A DNA stretch of 64,000 bases from the NCBI RefSeq assembly GCF_000150275.1, contig NW_002060946.1, positions 801,562 to 865,561 of the forward strand. The letters are read 5' to 3'. The DNA is from Trichoplax adhaerens. Lineage: Eukaryota; Animalia; Placozoa. A program made the position numbers and the translations under genes. This document shows positions 53,914-64,000 of this stretch, piece after piece. The notes below the pieces were generated by a model, which did no database searches, was not told the DNA's origin, and saw only the letters and a list, made by a program, of their open reading frames with translations. Numbering within the stretch: position 1 is the stretch's first letter; each line of letters opens with the position of its first letter.

Positions 53914-56266
53914 ATAAAAGTAGCAACCTTGCTACTTGGTAGCCTGATTATCTGTAAAGAAATTACTGCAGTATGTAACAAGTTGCCAACATACAATACG
54001 TTTTCAGAAATTCAACTATAATATTCGACTACTACATTTTATTAATGGTGCTAACAAGTACCATCAGGATATTACCAACTCATACTGTACTTATTCAATT
54101 TTACGTCACGTAAGGAGAAAAGCTATTTGTGTGTCTGTATGATAGTTATGTAAGCTCGTCGCAGCTTAATTTACTGCTCTAGCAGATCTACAACGAAGCC
54201 AATGAAAGACTGTAGTTGAGCGTGTTAAATAATTAAATGAGTTGTCATTTTTTATTCTAGTTTTCTTTTCAACCCGTAAAACTAAATAAACTCGTGCGAA
54301 GCTTGCAGAATTAGCAGATGAACGATTTTATTATTAATCAGATCTTTATATTATTATTGTTATAACTATGGTTATATGAGATTTTAAAATGGATAATTTC
54401 ATATTTTAATTATAGTATAGTATATAATAGTTCTGCTAGCTAAAACCAAATTGAGGTTACTGCTACAGAATTATTTCCGTTGGCAGACCACCAAGACAGT
54501 AGTGTTCATGACCATGTTAGTTACTGTGTAGCTGCATTTATTATTTTTAAACTCACCTGTACAACTGTATTGCAATAGCTGCTTTGCACAATACGACGAA
54601 TTCATTTATATATGCTTTATACATACATAAATATCTTCATAGTATTCAATGCCAACACTTCTAAACTGTAGATGGCGCTCTTTGCAATCAATTATCGCAA
54701 ATGCTGTACCTTGTAGTAGCATTCATTTTGCGGTATTATATAGTACAATGTTGTGATTTCGTAAATATTAATTAACAGTGTCGGATACACGAACGGTAGC
54801 AATTGTAATTATAAGCGCCCAGATCAAAGTTAGCTCTATTTAAGCAAAAGCATCAGATTATTTCATCACAATCTCCCAGGGTAATTAACAATTGTCGCTT
54901 ATTTTAAATAAACGTACTACCTATTAAAAAATTACAAATCTTACTTCGGATCTCTAAATTAAAGCCTTGATATCTATAATCGCTGAATGCCATCGCAGTA
55001 TCAAAAACTCTCATTTTGACTTTTACTCCACTTTATATGGACAAGCATTTGCTTTTATCACATCCTCTGATAAATAATAGCCATTTTTACGTACCCCGGC
55101 TATATTTTAGTTCGGAAATATGAACGCGCGCTAATTTCAATTTCTCCAATAGGTTTGAGAACACTCGGTAACTTTGTAATTCTGTGAATAAGCCACAAAT
55201 GGAAGCTGCAGCTTCATAATTTCAGGATACTGCATCATATTGGTGAAATTTGAGTTGTGATAAAATACTCGTGTGATGTACGCGTATACTTTTCTATAAC
55301 ATTTCTTTAACCCAAGTTGGCATAACTATAGTGATGCTTAGCACTGTGTACATACGTATATACAAATTCAACACTCCAATGATGTAAATCAGTTTGATGA
55401 TCGCGGTAACTTGCATTGATGTCAATATCACGACTGAAAAATTATGTCAGCAAAACAATTTATTGCGGGGTGTGGTAAAGATGACACACTGTTGTAAGGT
55501 TGAACTGAAATGTAAATTCTTGTACTGCCTGATCGCATTTGTTCTTCGCGTATTATCAATATACCTACAACTATCGAAATGCATGTGGCAGCGTAAAAAT
55601 CCGAAAGATGTATGATATTTTGATGCGAACACAGCAAAAGTGCAGTAACGCTACCTTTGTATATTGTATATTATTCAAAAAAAAGTGTATAAAAGTACCT
55701 AAAATGCGGTTACATCAAACAAAAGGTAAAACCAGTTGTACATTTAGTATTACGCAGGGAAAGAATTGAATATCGTATACTGAAATGACAATAAAAGAAA
55801 TAGAAAAACGCAAAACGTTTGTAACGTCTATCTACCATATTCTCCGCGTTCACTACACAAAACTTAAAGTAAAAATTATCGAAAAATTTCGTGTAGCAAG
55901 TTATATTTGTTAAGTAAGCTATTTTAGGTGTTTTGTTCGTAGATCATTAATGAATCATTACGCTATTATACAAGGAATGTTAATCACAGTTTAAAAGGCT
56001 TAAACAGTATGTACAGCTAAGGAAAATTTTAACACAGATTTCAACAACGCCAAGAAGAGTGACTTATAATAACGCAACAATTTCGTCGGGAACAAAATTA
56101 CAACTGAAATTCTAATCAGAATATAAGAAAATGATAGATTAGGAATTTAACGATAATACGAAATCGTGTTTATAGCTAGTAGCAGTTTTAAGATTTTAAT
56201 CTAGATAATTAGTTATTAGCACGACGTCGAATGACATATATTGCACTTTTTACAGAAATTTATGCC

Positions 56267-59200
56267 TTAAGCCTTTTCCATCAACTTGCTATAATTGTAG
56301 CGTATTTTCCGACTCGATTTTTTCTCTTTTGGTTGGCTAGCTAGCCAAGATTCTTGAGAATCAGGAGCGTCAATATAATCAGATCTAAGGATCATGATAA
56401 AGAAGTGTTAGCATTCAAGTGTGGTATTTATAAGAAATATCACGTAAGCAAAATCATAGCATAATCTGTTCATATTATTCCTTTAGTATTTCGCTGTAAT
56501 GTCATAATCTACTTACTCGCTATCTGAACTTTCACTCTCGACAGCTTCCTTGCTAATTGATTCAGCAATTTCGCTTTCATCATGCTTACCGCTATTATCT
56601 TTTGTCTTAACTTCTTTACCTTTCTTTACTTTAGCACCTTTTTGGCTGTCCTCAACATCCATTGATCTGTCTTTACTTGTGGTATCGTTACTGTTGTTTA
56701 TAGAATTCTAATTGCAATATCATAAAAGTTCTCTATCAACTTTAATCTATAAAGGAATGCAATATTAGATGTGGTTATTACATTTGACTGTCTAGCAGCT
56801 GTACGGCCGGATGACCTCATGGAACGTCGTCCTTTCGATTTTCTTTTCCCCTTCTGCTCTTTTACCGCCTTATCTTTGCTCAGCCATTCGTCTTCCTGAG
56901 GCTCTGTAGGTAGAATGTAACACTTCAGCACATGACTGACCTAGACTCATTTACTCAATTCCCGAGAGCAATTATATTCAAAATTACCTTCTACGGGTTC
57001 ACTATCTGCTTTGTCGTCTTTGTCATCTTCAATATCAGCCGCTTCTTCTGCATTGTTTTTCTCACCTTTTAAACCTTCAAAGTATATCCGAAGAGGGTAT
57101 AACTCTTCATTTCTCATATTCGATTTCAGTTCACTAGGTAATAAATCTTCCAAAAAAGGCAGCCTAATAGTGAGGGATGTTATTACATCAATAATCGCTA
57201 CATCTGGTGATCGCCTGACCAATAGATATAAAAGAAAAACAATACTTTTAGGATGCTTATACTAACACTCCTGCCGTTTTACTGCTTTTATCAACATCTA
57301 ACAATCTGCACGAAAATTCGTTTAAAATAACTAAGAAAGGCAAGCGAGGATATGTAGGGACATCGTCGGATTTTTCAAGGGCATATTTGATTCCATCCCT
57401 AACCAATAAAAAAAGATGTCAAAAAGTGTTGATAGTTAAAACAACCACTATTCAATAACCAAAAATCATTTCGGTTTTACCTATGTAAATTAATGAGATT
57501 TTGTCTGGTTGACTGGCTCTTGAGAGATTCTACTCCAAACGTTAAACCGAAGCGTCGTGCTAACTCCTACGATGTTCAAAAATTTGTTAAATAGAAATGA
57601 AACTAGGATATAAATATTCATTTACGAGTAAATACCTTTAACGGCTCAATATCTTTCAAGACGGATGAAGGACTTGCCAAATTTTCAAATTTAACACTTT
57701 CAAAAGCCTGTTAATTAAAATATTTGCAACGTTTATAGCCAATAAATATCTTGACAATGTAATTCATAGACGCTAAACTCACTTGCTGAAGACTTAAAAG
57801 GATCGTCGTTGTATATGCGGACAGATTACTTTGCCTTACTTTCGTCATGACATACTTAATAATATCTCCAAAATCTTTAAATCTCTGGCGTAAATTAACA
57901 GAGGAAGAATTTCCCCAAATTAACAGAGTATCGATTATCAGTTAATAACTAAGAAAAAACTTCGTATATTACTTCCGTTTTCACGTATGAAATATTTCCA
58001 TCATGATGAAGTTACCTTCAAATAATTAGCGAAGACTGGTGCAGCCAATTCGGTGTCAAATATTTTGTATACAATTAATTTACAAAATGCCGCTAATAAA
58101 TTTCGTTTTTCACAAAACATTTCATAGTCGCTGTCTGGTACATCTACACAGAAATTTGAAACTTTACCAAGTCGCTAATGATGGATGCAAACGATACGAC
58201 ATCAATTTTACCGTCTTTGCGAGATTCCAAATCAAAATCTTCATCAACATCGAAAACACATGACACAATAAAGTCTCTACAACGAATCTGAATGCTTCGA
58301 TCAGTTTCATAAGCAAGTATGGTGGCAGGATCTATTTCAGTTCATTGTAATAGAAAATAAATATCGTACCGAATTTGTTAGGCATAACTAATATTACAGG
58401 ACAATGTCACTTTCATATTATTCGTACCTGACTCCATTAAAGGCTTGGATACCATCATAAGAGTGTCGCAAAGAATACAAAATACCTAAAACGAAAAAAA
58501 TTATTTTAAGTTTCAACCAATTTTATTTTTTCATAATCAATCTGAATTTTACCTTTTTCTGAACAATGGAATTACCAAATTGCATTAATTCGTCACACAT
58601 TCTCAGCAAATGGTTAAAGTTCTCCAATAAAGGACCTGTTTTCAACTATGGTAATTGACTTAAACGTTAATTTTTAATTGTCCATCGTTAATGGTTAATG
58701 AAATAAAATTAAGATTACTAAATTACTGATGACAGTGACAACTACTTGAATCAATAGATATTCTCATCAGCCTACAAAATGTACCTGTCCACCTTCAGCT
58801 TCGTCATCCGAGAATTCCCAAGCAAGACTTAGTTGAACGCCTGACATTGCTAGGCATAACATCTACGATAGTGTTGACAATGCATTAATTCAAATAAACA
58901 AGAGAAAATAGTTAGAATACTTTAATTAAGGGATAACGAAACTACTTAGTTCATACTGACCTCATCGTTAATCGATTTTCTAAGCCCGTAATCTACGACC
59001 GCGTTAAAATATGGTATGCACTCCCATGCCTTTATATTAAATTCTCTACAAAATGCACATCAACATATTAAAGAAAGTACAAAATTTCTTAAAATAATAA
59101 CCTTTGAATAATGATTAACACGTACTTGTGCATAACTATGATTTTTCTTAAGTACGTTAGCATATTTATTTCCGTATCATGGTCACATTCTGACAACGCC

Positions 59201-62200
59201 TAAAAAATGTAGAGAATCATCAGGATTACAAATTGAGGAGAAAGCTACACCCATGACGTCTTAATATAATGAGATTGAGATTTACCCTCTCAACATTATC
59301 ATTGATAGCTTCTTTTCCTCCAGTGCCTCCGAATATTTCCTTAAATTCATCTGTAACCCTGTCCATAATTTTGTGACGAGTAACTTCCTAATAACAAAAA
59401 ATTAATAAAACAGCACGCTACTAAGAAATTGGTGTATCCGTTGATTTTACAGATCTTCTAACCCTTTACGAGCATATTAACTATGTTAACAAATACCAAT
59501 CTATCAATAGTATTGCTTATTTAACGATAATACAAACCACAGCTGTTTTAACATTAGATTCTTCGCCTAACAAACAACGTAACGTCTTGGCGCATACATC
59601 AAGCACCTAATACGCAAATAGATATTGATCACTGAGAATATATCATTTTGTAACCGTCATCTACTGATATATATCACGTACACACCTCCATATCCGTATG
59701 TTTGTCTAGAATTCCTTCTATTTGTTTTAGCAACGCTTCCAAAACCTGGATATAATATAAATTTCACGCCGGATGGAAATACGTTATTGCATAATTTAAA
59801 CTTACTTCATTTAAACGAAGTTACTTAAATTTAACGCATACGTTTTGAAGCTCCATTTCTCCATACGCATCTAAGTCCATATATTGGGGTATTTCTACAA
59901 GAAATCCTATCTTTTCTCTTTCCGCAGAAAACTGCAGATCATTTGATATACTTTAGTATTGCGACAAGAAATAACTAGAAATATCACATGTAATGATCAC
60001 TATAGATTATACCTTAGCGAGAAGTTTCGGCAATATAAAGGAAAAATGTGTACTAATCCCATCTTTGAGTGATCGCTGGGCCCTTTTCTCTTTGCTAGAG
60101 ATAAATCCCTAAGTAAAAACTGGATTAGCTACTAAAGGCTTACTTGCATTCAATAGCTAGTCTTCATAGATCTGTTACAATAGTACCTTTTTCCCCATCT
60201 GCCTACCAGGTGGCCCATGACCAACAGAACCTTGCTTAATAGCACAGCACATGATCTTGATAAGTCTAAATTCTTCCTCATCATCTAATGGTTCTTCATC
60301 TTCCTTTAAGTGTTGACCTAAAAGCATTCCAGTCATTATTTCCCAATCCTAGGAACGTTTAATTGAGGAACATCAGATATCCAAAGTTAGAATCATGGAA
60401 ATAATATTTAAAGCATGGTTTTAATTTACCTTTGTTTTCTTACCTTAAGTAATTCTGTGGAATTCCATAAGCTATCAACTAGATAGTCCGCTAATTCATG
60501 TACCTGCAAAAAAATATAACTGTAACATGCGACACCAAGTAAAAGCGAGACAAATATGAATTGTATAATATAATAGCTGGTAACGACTTACTTCCGTATC
60601 GATAAAGAATCGGATCAAATCTTTCATCATGCGTATCTTGGCTTTCTTTTTCATTAAATCTTAAAATGATTTGCAAATTAATCACCCATCGTAAAAATCA
60701 TATTTATCTTATATTTGTTACTACCGGTAGAAACACCATCATCTTTTTCCGTATCATTGTCACCAGAAAACAACCAAGTACTAAGAAATTCTCCAGCAGC
60801 ATGACTAATGTTCGGGTTGGAACAAAATACAAGCCGATAGACTTGAGCGCAAGCAACATCATCTAAAATATCTTCGTATCTTTGGAATAAACCGGAGTAC
60901 AGGTAGATAGAAAAATTAAAATAAATACTAGGGAATGAAAGCAAAACTGCCGAGTCAATGTCTACCTCAATAATATGGTCATTAATTTTATACTTTCTAC
61001 GCAAACATCACATTCTTTATCGGACGTCATAATGATCATTCGTTCCTAAGATAGCAAAGTTAAGTATAATTACTGTATAATAGTTATAAGTATAAATGGA
61101 ATAATTAATCTCACTTACGCAAAATCTTTTAGTGAAGATATTCAATTGAGAAGAGAAATTCGCAACAGAGTACAGTTCCTGTAATACTTTGACCGCAGCA
61201 ATGCGAACTGAACTGACCTATATCAAAAAATTAAGTAATTTGTGGACATCATAAATTAATACACTATTAACGAAGTAAGGTAACTGTAAGTTTATAGCAA
61301 ACTAAATCATACCCAGCGTTTCTACTATACCTTATCGTTCAATGTCCACCCGATATATTTCATACAGTTATCATTCAAAAAAAGTGGACTGAAGATATGA
61401 AGAAACATCATAAGTTTTGTAACAGCTATCGCCAGTAATCATACACCGTGTAATCTTAATCACAATCGAAAAAATCAATTACAGACATTCAGGTATACCT
61501 ATAATATCTAATCCAATTTCCTAACTGTTCTATGCACAACGTCCTAATCTGAGGATTTATATCTCTATAATAAAAAGTAATTTAAATTAAGAAATACTCT
61601 TACAACATTAACTAATAGGATTAAGATTACCTATAACGATGAACGAAGACACCAGTAAGAATATTCTTTAACAAATTTTCAAGAAAGGAAACATTCTCTT
61701 TAAGCTAAGAGTAGATGAATAAACGAGGCCTGTTGTAACATGTGACACTCCAACAAATGAGATAAAAGGGATTATACCCGATCACATTTCGCAGTTAATG
61801 TATCTATCTTGTCACGGCCTTTTTTAGAGCTTGACTTTCTTTTTTCATTTTGTAGCTGATGCTGTAATGTAAATGATCCTGTTATCTATTACTTGCGCAT
61901 GTTCTTTTAAAATTACGAGAATATAAGTAAGATGAGTATACTAATCGGAATGCTTCAGCTCAAAAATACCTGGCTAACTTCCAATTCTCGTTTGACAGTT
62001 GTAATGACGGTAATTAATCCATTCCCAAGGTGCATCCCTATAAATAGCGCAGATATAAAATATAAAATTATAAAATTGACAATGATAGCCGAAGGCATCT
62101 TGACAATTTTGACATCACCTAGGAATGTGCTCGTGTGCCTAAAAGCCCTAACTTGAGAATCAGCAAGTCTTATAAGCCATGATACAACAACAACCATGAC

Positions 62201-63680
62201 ATCATCATCATAGATAATATCATTCTGACAAGCAGCTACAAATTGGACAATAAAATCGCGCAAGTATCCCTACAACCAAAATCGATTTAAAAAAGATTAT
62301 TAAACTCATGAAAATTACTTTTAATTCAAAGCCGCAATACAAGCAAGCCATGCGAAGGAAACGTTACCTTCAGTTTCTTATATTTAGGTCCGGTCATGAT
62401 AATAGGATATTCATTGCTATCCTGCAATTAAAGTTAAATATTATATTATTACCAAGTAATTAACTTATGAACAGCGTAGCATTGAATGACAAATTGGTAC
62501 GCCACTTCACGGTTAATGTATTCCCAGTAATCTGAAAGCAGACCTCATCAAATTTTAAAGTTAATTCTTGAATAGACTTGATATTTTCGGACTCTTTCAA
62601 CATTTCTTCCGTAACAACGCCTGCAATGGTACAATATAAGAAAAATTAAGTAATGCACATATACAATGCAGAGTCCTGCAAATCACTTCAAATGACATTG
62701 TGGTTTAGTTATGTTCTCTGTGATAAATTCACCACGATATAGTGTTACGATAGATGATAATGGTAAAGCGCGTAAGTATGTCCTAAAGCAATATATTTAT
62801 CATTTTTAATTATCGTAAACACCTACCTTTACAGCCACAGCAATGAACAATAAATTGAACAAGCTCTATCAGTCCTTTTTTATTATTTTGATTGTAATGA
62901 GTTATCCAATCATCGATGGTCATCTAGGAAAAATTTACAATTTTTTTACGTTGTTATCACGTTTAATAACCAAGCATCAAATTCCATGATTTGATATGCA
63001 CCTGCATAGCTTGTCCACTTAATACGGCCGCAAATATACTAGCATCATGTTCTACATTTAATACTTTTTTGGCAGTACTACGTCTTTTACGTTTCGCAAC
63101 AGGTGTACTATCTTCTGTCTTATTAAGCTACAATATCAAGGTTCGATGATAATTATAATTAGATGAATGAATTTGTGAAATTATTAACAGGAATTAAATG
63201 TTTAATCATTGCTATACCATAACAAGCATACATTATTTGATATCATATCAGCATATAGAATTTATCGTTTTTATGTCCTTACACTTCTTTTACGCGGACT
63301 TGTCAAATTTTTAGCACGATTGTTTTTTCCCTTTTTCTGCGATGCAGGCGTATATTCTTCGTCACTAATACAGAATTGATGCTTTAGCTATCATAACATT
63401 TTCTATCAACTCTTAAGTCTAATGTTTTTTTATTCACTCTAGTACTGATTTAATCTACCTAAATTTGCTATCAAAATTAATCTTTACCCACTTAATTATT
63501 AACATATTAACAAAAAGTCAATTTATTACTTCGACTAAGAAAGCTATTGTGAGGCACCTACAACATACATACGACGTTAATTAATAGAATAGAATATCAT
63601 CACATCGTTTCACCCTCATATTACTGTATTATTGCCGCTATGGTAAATTTCAGAGCTGGTGGGTAATCCTTCACTTAAAT
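56267..63680 (-). CDS. STAG1: Cohesin subunit SA/Scc3 (STAG1/2 family), many exons; start codon not identified and probably further upstream
   Basis: Exons encode ELVQFIVHCCGCKG, YPIIMTGP, LADSQVRAFRHTST, GVFVHRYRD, IRTLCIEQLGNWI, FLNDNCMKYIGWTLNDK, FKDFGDIIK, ELARRFGLTFG and LPFLVILNEFSCRL. The C-terminal exon ends SKLMEKA-TAA at 56267-56269. Confidence 0.93.
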
Positions 63681-64000
63681 CTATAACAAATGACTACAAT
63701 TATAACCAAGTGCCTTTCTCGTTGAATTTTAAACTAGCAATAAAGTGCAATACATTCAATCAGTAGTAGGCTACAACTAAGCAACAAATACTAGAAATGT
63801 TTGGTGTAACTATGACTCTTTTATGCCGGAGTATTTAATGAATCTATCCATTGTCTATAGCATAAATCAGCACATATACACGTATATAATGAGTAGATAT
63901 ATAGGTAACGTTAATAAATCTTCTGCAGCACTACAAATATTAAGACTTTCAATATGTGTCAACAGGCCTGTAGTAAAATATATATTTACTCGTATAAGAA

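Noticed and set aside
57346-57353. ATATCCTC on the minus strand, resembling a U12 AT-AC donor in STAG
   Set aside because: It lies inside a continuous coding exon (DDVPTYPRLPFLVILNEFS) that aligns to STAG without an intron.

Overview
AT-rich, gene-dense eukaryotic DNA with many short GT-AG introns and animal-type genes. The style is consistent with a compact early-branching metazoan genome such as a placozoan (Trichoplax-like), but this is an inference. Eight protein-coding genes were reconstructed by hand from splice sites and translation, in this order: TM9SF2 (-), UBAC2 (+), a diverged TM9SF2 paralogue (-), a beta-PIX/ARHGEF7-like Rho GEF (-), AGFG1-like ArfGAP (+), FIS1 (+), an intronless ELOVL3/6-type elongase (+), and cohesin SA/STAG (-, 5' end probably outside the window). 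There are also several minisatellites, CAGTA/TACTG-rich tracts near gene 5' ends, and one 50-N assembly gap. The most notable observations are: (1) the PIX gene appears to encode two tandem DH-PH modules with matching exon structure and no C-terminal coiled coil; (2) AGFG has nine consecutive frame-symmetric microexons, most carrying one FxxF motif and one recently duplicated, plus a WGQ-repeat Q/N-rich domain; (3) the TM9SF2 paralogue has lost the C-terminal KxD motif; (4) the gene neighbourhood echoes human 13q32-34 and 7q22. No rRNA, tRNA, CRISPR or transposase-coding element was recognised. Exon coordinates are manual and may be off by a few nucleotides.
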